Source of the DNA: an uncultured Treponema sp.
GTDB taxonomy: Bacteria; Spirochaetota; Spirochaetia; Treponematales; Breznakiellaceae
DNA: 64,000 bases
Reading direction: 5' to 3'
Assembly (NCBI GenBank): GCA_964546285.1
Contig: CAZJJK010000001.1
Coordinates: forward strand, 38,131-102,130
In this document: in pieces, positions 9,535-18,517 of the stretch
Numbering within the stretch: position 1 is the first letter of the stretch
Layout of the letters: each line of letters opens with the position of its first letter
Made by a program: the position numbers and the translations under genes
Notes under the pieces: model-generated
Seen by the model: the letters and a program-made list of their open reading frames with translations, nothing else
Database searches by the model: none
Told to the model about the DNA's origin: nothing

Positions 9535-9555
9535 CTTAAACAAGCCGATAAACAA

Positions 9556-11214
9556 ATGATGCGCGTAAAAAGCATAATTATCGCGATTGTCCTAGGATTA
9601 AGCTCCCCGAAGACCTCAGCTCAACTTATTGATACACCGGCTTTATGGCGTCAAGCGATTGGCGGTCGCGTTTTGTCATCGCCGCAAGCTCAAGCTGGTT
9701 CTGTCGCCCTTTTAAGCGATGACCGCAGTGTCCGCGCTTACTCTTCTTCCGGCGCTCTTCTCTGGCGCTATCAAGCCACTGAACGTTTAGCGCCCTGTAT
9801 ACACCGATCGCCTGAAGGGTCAAGTTACTTTGGTACCGCTTCTGGTGTGCTGATCGCGCTCAACCGTTCTGGCCGCGAGTTATGGAAGAGAGCCATGGCG
9901 GCACCGCCGCTTTATCTAGCGATAGGCTGGGATGGCCGTATTTTCGCCGTCTCAACTGAGGCTGTTTGGTGTTTTTCAGCTTCTGGACTACGAAAATGGC
10001 GAATGGATTTGTCAGCCCCTCCCTCCTGTGAAGCCATACTATCATCAGAAGGCGGCCTAATCGTCGCCACCCTGGATGGCGCGATTCATGTCTTTAGTCC
10101 CTTTGGGGAAATGGAAACCTTTCCATTAGGACTAAGCGCCACAACGATAACCGCAAATGAGAAGGAAATTTTTTTAGCTTCCGAATCCGGCTTGCTTTAT
10201 CGCCGTGAAGGCGTTGAACGGTTTTCAGTTTTGAAAAGATTTGACTCGGCGCCGATAGCTTTGAAAGCAATTAATGAAGCGCTTGCATATTGCCTTTCAT
10301 GCGGGGAAGTCGGACTTATCAGCCTACTAAACAATGAAATTATCTGGAAGGATAGTCTGCCTAAAACCGGAAGCGCTCGTCTCCAGCATGATGAACGCGG
10401 ATGGTTTTTCCTTACGTTAGGAGCCGCCGCCGCTTATAAAAGCGACGGGGAAAGGCTTTGGCGCGTTCAACTGGAAGCTTCTGCCCAAATTCCAACTTTT
10501 TCCGATGACGGCTTATTATTCTCTGGCGGTAAAGATTGGATACTCTACGCGTATAGAATTGAGGAAAGAGTATTATCCAAATCCGGTTCTATATACGCGC
10601 CTTTTCCCGTACAGGGTTATGGTCTGGCGGCCCCTCCCATTACCTCATTGTTTCGTGGTCTATTTGGCATTGACACAGGCATAATCGAAGAAGAACTATC
10701 CAGCATTGAAAAAAGGATACGCGGCAGAACTATAGCCGAAACTGAGCCGGACGCCCTTCTCTATCTGATAGATCTAGTTAGCTCGGCTCTTAATCCTGTT
10801 GGCGCGAGCCCCTATGGGAATTCTTCGATCCCCATCATATATCGTGTCCGCGCCATATCTCAACTTGGAGTTTTGGGATCGCGTGACCACATTCCCATTC
10901 TAGTTAAACTGTTTCGCGACGATAAAGATCCCTTGGTCCGAGCCGAGGCCGCGCTGGCGATTGGCGAGATAGGAGTTGATCCTTCTGGATTAGCTATAGA
11001 AGCCTTTACCGCGGCCGCCAATCCTTCTGGCGGCGAAAGCGAGGACAGAGTGCTTCTAGGGTTGGTCAAAGCGACAGAAGCCTTATGTCTTTTTTCAGGC
11101 CCGCCCTTGAGCGACAAAGGCATACCTTTACTTGTTAACCTAGCGGAAGATACCCGTTCTCCATCTGTACGCTCGGAGGCTCGCTACGCGTTAAAACGTT
11201 TGATAGGCAGATAA
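9556..11214 (+). CDS. Secreted protein: PQQ-like beta-propeller repeats plus C-terminal HEAT (PBS-lyase-type) repeats
   Basis: Signal peptide ...KTSA|Q. Repeated G..LW(R/K) blades (SGALLWRYQA, SGRELWKRAM, SGLRKWRMDL, DGERLWRVQL). C-terminal LFRDDKDPLVRAEAALAIGEIG HEAT motif. Confidence 0.7.
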   Translation: MMRVKSIIIAIVLGLSSPKTSAQLIDTPALWRQAIGGRVLSSPQAQAGSVALLSDDRSVRAYSSSGALLWRYQATERLAPCIHRSPEGSSYFGTASGVLIALNRSGRELWKRAMAAPPLYLAIGWDGRIFAVSTEAVWCFSASGLRKWRMDLSAPPSCEAILSSEGGLIVATLDGAIHVFSPFGEMETFPLGLSATTITANEKEIFLASESGLLYRREGVERFSVLKRFDSAPIALKAINEALAYCLSCGEVGLISLLNNEIIWKDSLPKTGSARLQHDERGWFFLTLGAAAAYKSDGERLWRVQLEASAQIPTFSDDGLLFSGGKDWILYAYRIEERVLSKSGSIYAPFPVQGYGLAAPPITSLFRGLFGIDTGIIEEELSSIEKRIRGRTIAETEPDALLYLIDLVSSALNPVGASPYGNSSIPIIYRVRAISQLGVLGSRDHIPILVKLFRDDKDPLVRAEAALAIGEIGVDPSGLAIEAFTAAANPSGGESEDRVLLGLVKATEALCLFSGPPLSDKGIPLLVNLAEDTRSPSVRSEARYALKRLIGR

Positions 11215-11351
11215 ATCATTTTTAAACAGTTCTATGGTATTCTGTAAGCCTGCTTAAAGATGATTCATATATTTTATAGGCTTGGCGTGATTTCCATAAG
11301 GCTAAATAGCCGTTCTGACGCTATTGGTATATACTGAAAAGGAAGGAATGT

Positions 11352-13031
11352 TTGGAGGATCGTATGACTATCACAAAGCGTGTATCAAGTGGATTGTTTC
11401 TTTTTGCCCTTTCCTTTTTTCTTTCGAGCCAAACAGCCCTTTATGCCTTTGACATTGATAGAACAGAATTGGCTTCAAGCGCCGCTTCCACCTTATTTTT
11501 TTATAATTACGAGGGACCTCACGCTAGAATTGACAGCCGAGAAGCTATACGGCAAATCGGTGTAGCGCTTGGCCAAGCTATCGCGGCTGGGTCAAGCCAA
11601 ACCGGCTCCGCCGCCCGCTATTCAGCCATCCGCGTTTTAAGTCAGCCCCCGGCTTCAGGCTTTGACGCCGATGTTATTATGCTTGGCATAGATGTCGGGG
11701 TTGACCATATTCGCAATCTTAGGACGATTTTACAAGGATACTTACAAGCCGCTTTTTCATATACGGAAGCTGACGCTCAATTATTAGCTAATTTGGCTAC
11801 CATATACAACGCGGTTTATCGCGGCTCATGGGAATATTTTGTTAATCGATATAATCCCTTAGTCATTAGCTTTCTTGACCAGGCTAAGGTTGGCCTATCT
11901 ATACGTTATGATGATTGGCCGGGACGCACCCAGATACTGCTCCCGCTTATAAGCTTAAAAATGACTGGCTTAGTTCCATCGCTTAACCCCAGCCCCTTAA
12001 CCGATCCCTCGGTTGTGGAAGAATTAAAAACGATGCCCGATCATGGCGTTGAAATACGTCAGGCTATGGTGGAATTAAAAGAAAATCAGGCAGACAGTAT
12101 ACGTCAGAGTGTTCAAATTGAGCGAGAAGCGATTGTTGAGGAAGAGGCTAAGTTAACGGTTGAAAAAGCGGCCCTGGATGAACGGCGGGCGGCGCGAGAT
12201 CAAACGCCAGCCACGCCGCCCGTTGAAAAAACAAGCGCCACCGCGCCACCCGTAAAAAACGCTGTCGCGGAGCGCGCAGCCGCGCCAGCCGCCAGCGAAA
12301 CCGAAGTGCTTAATAAAGAAGAGCCAGCGACTGAAGAGCCAAAAAAGATTGAGGAAGAAGCCCCCCTTGAAGTCGCGGTAGCCGCTATCGCCGCGAAAGA
12401 AGAGGAACTCGCTGAACGTAAAGAACTGGCTGACGCCGCCGAAGCCGAGGCTGACCGTCTGGAGGAAGAGGCGGCGGCTGACCGGGAAGCCATCGCCGAG
12501 GAACAACAGGATATTATCGCCTCGGAGGAGAGCGCGGTTACCGAAGAAGCGATAGAAACCATTTTATCGGTAAAAATGACTGACCCGCTAAGCCCAATGG
12601 CCTCTTTGGTTAGGATATCAACCAAAGACGGAACGGTCAGCGTAGTTTCGCCCTTACCGACGATTCGTTCGCGCTCATGGGTAGAGCTGGAAGATGGAAT
12701 TATCGCCGTAGCCGGTATCGCTTCCGGGCTTGGCGCGATCCGTCTTGTAAAAATTGACAAGCAAAGCCTCGAAATGCTTAAGCAGGGAGAGGATGATATA
12801 CATCCCGATAGTCCTATTTGGATTTGGGAAGATCGCTTTTATGCTCTTGTGACTAGCGATGGCTCTACTAGATTGATGACGTTCAATAGCGAACTTGAAC
12901 GTGAAAACATATCGTCAAGCTCCGTGCATCCCTATACGGCGCCTATTTTTATGGACGGAAAAATATTAGTTCAAGGCGCTGATGGCAATCCCTTATTACT
13001 AGACGCTCTTACCCTTGGCGAGCTTCGTTAA
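11352..13031 (+). CDS. Secreted protein with a central Glu/Ala-rich coiled-coil/low-complexity region. Possibly P83/100-like (unverified)
   Basis: 559-aa ORF, hydrophobic N-terminus FLFALSFFLSSQ, GGAGG RBS before the ATG at 11364/11352, and an E/A/K-rich segment at about aa 270-400. Family assignment is a weak recollection only. Confidence 0.65.
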   Translation: MEDRMTITKRVSSGLFLFALSFFLSSQTALYAFDIDRTELASSAASTLFFYNYEGPHARIDSREAIRQIGVALGQAIAAGSSQTGSAARYSAIRVLSQPPASGFDADVIMLGIDVGVDHIRNLRTILQGYLQAAFSYTEADAQLLANLATIYNAVYRGSWEYFVNRYNPLVISFLDQAKVGLSIRYDDWPGRTQILLPLISLKMTGLVPSLNPSPLTDPSVVEELKTMPDHGVEIRQAMVELKENQADSIRQSVQIEREAIVEEEAKLTVEKAALDERRAARDQTPATPPVEKTSATAPPVKNAVAERAAAPAASETEVLNKEEPATEEPKKIEEEAPLEVAVAAIAAKEEELAERKELADAAEAEADRLEEEAAADREAIAEEQQDIIASEESAVTEEAIETILSVKMTDPLSPMASLVRISTKDGTVSVVSPLPTIRSRSWVELEDGIIAVAGIASGLGAIRLVKIDKQSLEMLKQGEDDIHPDSPIWIWEDRFYALVTSDGSTRLMTFNSELERENISSSSVHPYTAPIFMDGKILVQGADGNPLLLDALTLGELR

Positions 13032-14483
13032 AGCGTTGGAATACACAGCCAAATAACGGTCGGCCGAGTTTTTCCAGGAAAAATCCAGGGCCATGCCACG
13101 CCGCCGCATGGCCTGTATATGTTCACTCCGATTATAATACGCCCAAATCGCCCAGCCCACCGTATCATATATGGCTTGAGGCGTAAGCTCGTCAAACACG
13201 AAGCCGGTACCCTCGCCGCTGTCTTGGTTATAATTAATTACGGTATCAGCTAAGCCGCCCGTCCGCCTAACGATAGGCAGGGTCCCATACACTAAAGAAT
13301 ACATCTGATTCAACCCGCAGGGTTCATAACGGCTTGGCATTAGAAAAAAATCACTGCCGGCCTCTATCAAGTGGCTTAAGCGTTCGCTGTAACCGACCTT
13401 TGCCTTAAAATTTGGCAAGCGAGCGGAGAGGCTCTTTAACTCAGCTTCGCACCAACGCTCCCCGCTGCCTAAGGCGACAAATTGAAGACGCATATCATGA
13501 CAGATGGACCAGGCCGCGCCATAACTTGGGCCGAATAATTCCCCTACCCCTTTTTGTTCAGTCAAACGAGATACAATACCGACTAACGGAATTTCTTTTT
13601 CAACAGTCAAACCGAATTCCGCTTGCAAGGCGCTTTTCGCGGCCGCTTTCCCGGATAGCTTGTTCGCGTCATAATTCTCTGGAAGGTGAGTATCCTTGCG
13701 CGGATTCCAAAGCTCGGTATCAATTCCGTTAAGGATACCGCTGTAGTCGCTCGCCCGGGAACGAAGAACGCTGTCCAGCCTAAAGCCAAAAGCCGCCGTT
13801 TTCGTTTCTTCGGCGTAAGTGGGCGATACTGTTGTCAATTTATCCGCGCAGACTAGACCAGATTTAAGAAGGTTCATTCTATCCCAGTCCTCAAAACCCG
13901 CCGTTTTAAAAAGGTCCCAAGATAAACGGGTATACGCGAAAGCTTCTTTAGCGTAGACGCCTTGATAGCCTAGGTTGTGAATAGTCAATACCGAAGCTGT
14001 TTTTTCAAAACCGCCGGCTCTCATTCCATGTTTCAATAAAACAGGCGCAAGAGCGGCTGGCCAATCATGCGCATGCAAAATATCGGGATACCAATCCAAT
14101 TTACGGCATAATTGGAATAGAGAATGGCAAAAAAAAGCGAAACGCCGTGGATTGTCGGCGAAATCGGGTTCTGATGGAGTACCATAAATACCGTCTCTCC
14201 CAAAAAAAGCCTCATGGTCAATAAAATAACAGATAGGAGCCGGCGATTCGCCTACGCTCGATTCATACACTTCCGCCCATTCCTCACCCCAGCCAACGGG
14301 AACACCAAGAGGCCCAGGAAGCGCTTTAAGCGACGAGCGATCAATGGAGTAATATCTCGGCATAACCACACGTACATCATGTCCGAGTGAAGACAAAGCG
14401 TTTGATAAAGCGGCGACCGCGTCAGCCAAACCGCCTGTCTTCGCGAACGGAACCGCTTCGCTCGTCGCCATCAAAATCTTCAT
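12999..14483 (-). CDS. glgA: Glycogen synthase (ADP-glucose type)
   Basis: MKILMATSEAVPFAKTGGLADAV N-terminus, HAHDW, SRLTEQKG and PSRYEPCGLNQMY motifs. I place the start at ATG 14483, preceded by GGAGGcaata, rather than the track start 14522. Confidence 0.92.
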   Translation of the reverse strand: MKILMATSEAVPFAKTGGLADAVAALSNALSSLGHDVRVVMPRYYSIDRSSLKALPGPLGVPVGWGEEWAEVYESSVGESPAPICYFIDHEAFFGRDGIYGTPSEPDFADNPRRFAFFCHSLFQLCRKLDWYPDILHAHDWPAALAPVLLKHGMRAGGFEKTASVLTIHNLGYQGVYAKEAFAYTRLSWDLFKTAGFEDWDRMNLLKSGLVCADKLTTVSPTYAEETKTAAFGFRLDSVLRSRASDYSGILNGIDTELWNPRKDTHLPENYDANKLSGKAAAKSALQAEFGLTVEKEIPLVGIVSRLTEQKGVGELFGPSYGAAWSICHDMRLQFVALGSGERWCEAELKSLSARLPNFKAKVGYSERLSHLIEAGSDFFLMPSRYEPCGLNQMYSLVYGTLPIVRRTGGLADTVINYNQDSGEGTGFVFDELTPQAIYDTVGWAIWAYYNRSEHIQAMRRRGMALDFSWKNSADRYLAVYSNALTKLAKGKSV

Positions 14484-14573
14484 TATTGCCTCCAAAGCTC
14501 GCCTGTACCATCGAGCTTGCATACTATAAGCGTGGTATACAAAACGCCTCGATTTTATACCCTCGTTAAGACA

Positions 14574-14621
14574 GTTGCAATCATACAGTCTTATTCGTTC
14601 TTCGGAACTGTTGCAATCATA
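14574..14621 (+). promoter_or_regulatory. Pair of perfect 12-bp direct repeats GTTGCAATCATA (14574-14585 and 14610-14621), a candidate regulator binding site in the glgA/wza-like divergent region
   Basis: Exact 12-mer repeated with a 36-bp period, flanked by ACAGT/ACTGT motifs, in a 264-bp intergenic region. Confidence 0.3.
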
Positions 14622-14667
14622 TAGGAAATCGTTTACTGTCGATACATTACTTTTAAAAAGGGAACGA

Positions 14668-14683
14668 AAACGCGAACGCGTTT
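14668..14683 (+). promoter_or_regulatory. Perfect 16-bp palindrome AAACGCGAACGCGTTT, 65 nt upstream of the wza-like start (operator or 5'-UTR hairpin)
   Basis: aaacgcg aa cgcgttt is self-complementary and flanked by ggga...cccc. Confidence 0.3.
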
Positions 14684-14747
14684 CCCCTTATGTGGACGGG
14701 TATTGTCCAAGGAAAATGGCGTTTTCTTACCCTAACATGGAGTCTTT

Positions 14748-17700
14748 ATGTCTGGCATTTCGCGGCGTTATATGGCCATCGCGTTTGTACTGTTTGCGAG
14801 CATAGCCTCACTAAACGCGCAAGTCACGCCCAACGCGTATCTGGCCCTATCCAATCCCGGCACCACGACTAATTCTTCCAATCCTTCCTCCACGCTTGGT
14901 ATATCACAAAGCGGCTTAACGACAAGCTCTACGTCAACATCCTCTCAATCGTCAAGCACTGTTACACGCCCTCCCGTCTCAAACATCCAAGAACCGCCAA
15001 TGGAACAAGAAATTCCCGCTGAGTTATCAGCCATTGAACGTATGATTAATGCGTCGATTCCGCAGCTTGCCCCCCCGCTTCGCCAATACGGCTATGAGTT
15101 TTTCGCCCGCGAAACGCCGAATAAACTGGCTCTTGTCGGCGATGATTATGTCGTTGGTCCTGGCGATACGATGGTGGCCTATCTTTGGGGAGACGCCGTC
15201 GATATCAAAGAATTGCCTTCGGCTGTTGAGCTTATCGTAGACCGTGACGGAACGGTCAACTTTCCATCAATTGGACGGGTTTCGGTCTGGGGCCAAAGCC
15301 TAGCTCAAATCAAGGCTTTTATTAAAAGCTCTTTGGATAAAAAATACAAACGTATCGATCTTTCCTTAACGCTCGGCAAACTCCGTGAATTTCCCATTAC
15401 GGTCGCCGGCTTTGTCACCAAGCCAGGGATTATTTTAGCAACCGCCGTTGATACCTTATTCGATATAATCGCTCGGGCAGGCGGCGCGCTTCCCCATGGA
15501 TCATTACGCAGCATCGTGTTGACGCGCAAAAACTCACCGCCGCTCAATATCGATGTTTACGACGCCCTTATTAAGGGTCAAGCGTCCGATCTCCGATTGA
15601 AGGAAGGCGATACTGTACTGATCAATAATATAGGCCAAGTGGCGGCCGTCGCCGGTTCCGTTAAGCGGCCAGCTATATATGAATTAAAAGCCAATTCAAC
15701 CATAGGCGATTTATTAGCTTTGGCTGGCGGCGCGCTTCCATCCGCCGTAATATCAAAAGCCTCTCTTATTCGCTTCAAGAATGATACAAGACAAATAATT
15801 GATGGTTCCTTAAGCGATTATCGCTTTCTAGGGACCCCTCTATCCGATGGCGACGCGCTCATTTTATCGTCAGCTAGCGCTATCCTTGAAAATGCCGTTT
15901 ATCTTGAAGGACGAATAAAGTATCCAGGGCGTTATGATATTAAAGATTTTTCCGATCTCCGTTCATTAATACTCTATGGTGAACTCTTTAACGATACCGA
16001 TCTTGACTTCGCTACCGTACACCGGATTGAAGCTGGCGGACGTTCGCTTAATTTCACGTTTCGTCCAAAGGATGTTCTTTCTTCCAGTGTCGCTTCCATA
16101 CAATTAAGCGCCAAGGATATCGTTACCTTATACCCCGCGGATGAGCTTCCAGAATATTTTGATTACGCGAATTTTCCAGAGACGATTACCCTTAGCGGTG
16201 AAATTCGATACCCTGGTCTTAGCGCTCGTGTCGCTGGTCTTGCTCTTTCAGATATACTTACTCCAGACCAATTGCTTCCATCCACCAATCTGGATTACGC
16301 GGTAATTGACCGTCGGACAGCTGGCGGCAAACGGCCAAACCAAACCTTTGCCCCCCGCGATGTTTTAGCGGGCGTGTTTGATCTTCCCCTGGAATCGTTG
16401 GACTTTATCCGCTTTTTCAAGGCTGGCGAAGTACCCCAAGAATTATCATTTACCGAGTATCCAGAGACAGTGGTGCTCCGGGGGGCCGCCCGTTATCCCA
16501 ACGCCTATCGCTACAAAGAAGGTTTAGCGCTATCCGATCTTCTCAACGAGGACCAGGTCACCACTGAAACCAGCTTATACTATGGCCGTATTATCCGTTC
16601 CGAAGCCGGCGGCGTACAGCGCGTTCTGCCCTTTATTCCCGCTGAAATACTGAGCGGCGTCTACGATATCCCCTTAAAAATGAAGGACGATATCACCCTG
16701 TTTACTCTTGAGGAAACCAGCCGCTCTCAAACTCTGTCTCAAAGTTCAGATTTGGATAATACAACGAGCACCGACGAGTCCACCTTAATAGGAAGCATGA
16801 ATGGGAATCAAGCGTTACCCTCAGGTATGAGCCCTTCACCATCCACCCAAGCGCTAACGCCATCCAACGACAGCTATGCTATGTTAGATTTTGATACCAG
16901 CATGGGTGTGGGCGAGTTTTTATTGATAGGCGAAGCGCGTTATTCGGGACTTTACGGCCATCGCGATGGACTTATGCTATCAAATATATTGATAACCGAC
17001 CAAATTCTTCCATCCACGAATATCTTTTATGCGCAAATTTCCGGCCTTGATAATAATGGGCGTCCGGTTTATCGCACTTTTAGTCCAAAAAAAATACTTG
17101 AGGGCACAGAGGATCTTGAAATCAAGGCCATGGACATAATTAGGTTGTTCAAATTTGGCGATGAAACAAAATCATACGATCCGGATAAGTATCCAGAAGC
17201 GGTACTATTGGAAGGTCCTGTGCTATACGCCGGAGTATATTCTTGGAGCATAGGCATGACGCTATCCGATATAGTCAGCGTGGCTAATTTTAAGTTGGAA
17301 ACAGACCGCGATTACGCTACTATACTCCGAACCGATGACGACGGAACCAATACGCTTATTCATTTTGTGCCGAATGATATTATCTATAAAAAAGCCGATA
17401 TCAAGCTTCAGCCTCGCGATCTCGTTAGTTTTCGCGTAAAAAATGTTTACGAACCGATTAAAATTTCCGGGGAGGTTTTACAGCCTCAGGTGATTAGTTT
17501 TTATCCCGGCATTACGTTAGAAGAGCTTTTAAAAACGGTTGAATTGAATACTGATATTCGCGAGTTAAAAGTTATAGTAGAGCGAATGAATCAAGAACGT
17601 GTTTCCATCTACTTGGAAGATGTTTACATTAAGCAACGGAAAGCGCCGCCGATTGAGCCAGGCGACTCGCTTGTGGTCAAAAAATTAAAAGCCAATGAAG

Positions 17701-18515
17701 CCGAGAAAATCATTTTAGTCCGCGGCGAGGTGAGCCAGCCGCAAGCGCTCGCTTTCTCTGAAGGCATGCGTTTATCTGACGCCTTACTAGCCGCGGGAGA
17801 CTTAATGCCAAGCGCTTACCTTAAGGGCTTGGTGCTACAGCGGCCAAGCGTCGCCGAAGCTCAAAAAGCTCAAATCGATCGCCTTTCCAACGCCATTGCC
17901 GCAGCGCGTCAAAGCGCTCAAAGTGATTTTACCACGGCCGCTAACGCCGCTAGTATGGATGACGGAGCCGCCTTAACGGCTATCAATTCAGCCGCCCAAT
18001 TAGCCGCCCAAGAAGCGGAATTAGCGCGTATCAGCGAAGTTTATAGCGCCAGTCTTGGCCGAATCGCGTTGGATATGCCGGAAACTATCAATGAGCTAAA
18101 GGGGTCTTCCGCGGACATACTTTTAGAACGCGATGATACCATTTTTGTTCCGCGCTTACCAAATTTCGTTACTATTTTAGGAGAAGCGATGAATCAGATA
18201 AGCATCGCTTATTATACAGGCATTACGGCTAGACAAGCGTTAGAGGATTCAGGCTGGGTTAGCGAGGACGCGAATATGGGATCCGCCTATATAGTACGCG
18301 CTAACGGGCGGGTAAAAAGCGGCGAAGGTTGGCGTTTTTGGTTTTTCCAGCCAAGCATCCTAAATATCACCTTAGAACCCGGCGATACCATCTATATACC
18401 GCGTAAGCCTTATCGTCTTAACACGGTACTTCCCATTGTCAGCGATGTCATGCAGATCATCGGCCAGCTTATAAGCTCGGCGGTTTCAACCGTAGCCCTA
18501 ACAAGGACCTTTTAA
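14748..18515 (+). CDS. Giant outer-membrane polysaccharide export (OPX, Wza-like) protein: Poly_export domain plus about 10 tandem SLBB-like beta-grasp repeats
   Basis: Signal peptide ...SLNA|Q and a Ser/Thr-rich linker. Poly_export-like VGPGDTMVAYLWG...VDRDGTVNFPSIGRVSVWGQSLAQIK. Repeated G(E/S)(V/I)xxPG.Y...G..LSD(I/L)L units roughly every 80-100 aa. Ala/Gln-rich coiled segment and a hydrophobic/amphipathic C-terminal helix VLPIVSDVMQIIGQLISSAVSTVAL. GGAG RBS. Confidence 0.8.
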   Translation: MSGISRRYMAIAFVLFASIASLNAQVTPNAYLALSNPGTTTNSSNPSSTLGISQSGLTTSSTSTSSQSSSTVTRPPVSNIQEPPMEQEIPAELSAIERMINASIPQLAPPLRQYGYEFFARETPNKLALVGDDYVVGPGDTMVAYLWGDAVDIKELPSAVELIVDRDGTVNFPSIGRVSVWGQSLAQIKAFIKSSLDKKYKRIDLSLTLGKLREFPITVAGFVTKPGIILATAVDTLFDIIARAGGALPHGSLRSIVLTRKNSPPLNIDVYDALIKGQASDLRLKEGDTVLINNIGQVAAVAGSVKRPAIYELKANSTIGDLLALAGGALPSAVISKASLIRFKNDTRQIIDGSLSDYRFLGTPLSDGDALILSSASAILENAVYLEGRIKYPGRYDIKDFSDLRSLILYGELFNDTDLDFATVHRIEAGGRSLNFTFRPKDVLSSSVASIQLSAKDIVTLYPADELPEYFDYANFPETITLSGEIRYPGLSARVAGLALSDILTPDQLLPSTNLDYAVIDRRTAGGKRPNQTFAPRDVLAGVFDLPLESLDFIRFFKAGEVPQELSFTEYPETVVLRGAARYPNAYRYKEGLALSDLLNEDQVTTETSLYYGRIIRSEAGGVQRVLPFIPAEILSGVYDIPLKMKDDITLFTLEETSRSQTLSQSSDLDNTTSTDESTLIGSMNGNQALPSGMSPSPSTQALTPSNDSYAMLDFDTSMGVGEFLLIGEARYSGLYGHRDGLMLSNILITDQILPSTNIFYAQISGLDNNGRPVYRTFSPKKILEGTEDLEIKAMDIIRLFKFGDETKSYDPDKYPEAVLLEGPVLYAGVYSWSIGMTLSDIVSVANFKLETDRDYATILRTDDDGTNTLIHFVPNDIIYKKADIKLQPRDLVSFRVKNVYEPIKISGEVLQPQVISFYPGITLEELLKTVELNTDIRELKVIVERMNQERVSIYLEDVYIKQRKAPPIEPGDSLVVKKLKANEAEKIILVRGEVSQPQALAFSEGMRLSDALLAAGDLMPSAYLKGLVLQRPSVAEAQKAQIDRLSNAIAAARQSAQSDFTTAANAASMDDGAALTAINSAAQLAAQEAELARISEVYSASLGRIALDMPETINELKGSSADILLERDDTIFVPRLPNFVTILGEAMNQISIAYYTGITARQALEDSGWVSEDANMGSAYIVRANGRVKSGEGWRFWFFQPSILNITLEPGDTIYIPRKPYRLNTVLPIVSDVMQIIGQLISSAVSTVALTRTF

Positions 18516-18517
18516 TT

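Noticed and set aside
9544-9551. GCCGATAA, identical to the sigma28 (FliA) -10 element, just upstream of the 9556 gene
   Set aside because: There is no TAAA -35 element at the required 15-nt spacing, and the motif ends only 4 nt before the ATG, too close for a normal leader.
12200-12760. 186-aa antisense ORF (Ala/Ser-rich), together with 12153-12506, inside the 11352-13031 gene
   Set aside because: It is the mirror image of the Glu/Ala-rich GAA/GCC-type low-complexity coding segment on the plus strand. It has no RBS and a composition-driven open frame.
14532-14547. TGGTAT-N5-ACGC with GG/GC spacing compatible with a sigma54 promoter
   Set aside because: Only the GG and GC dinucleotides match. 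The rest deviates from TGGCAC-N5-TTGC, and no enhancer-binding protein gene is nearby.
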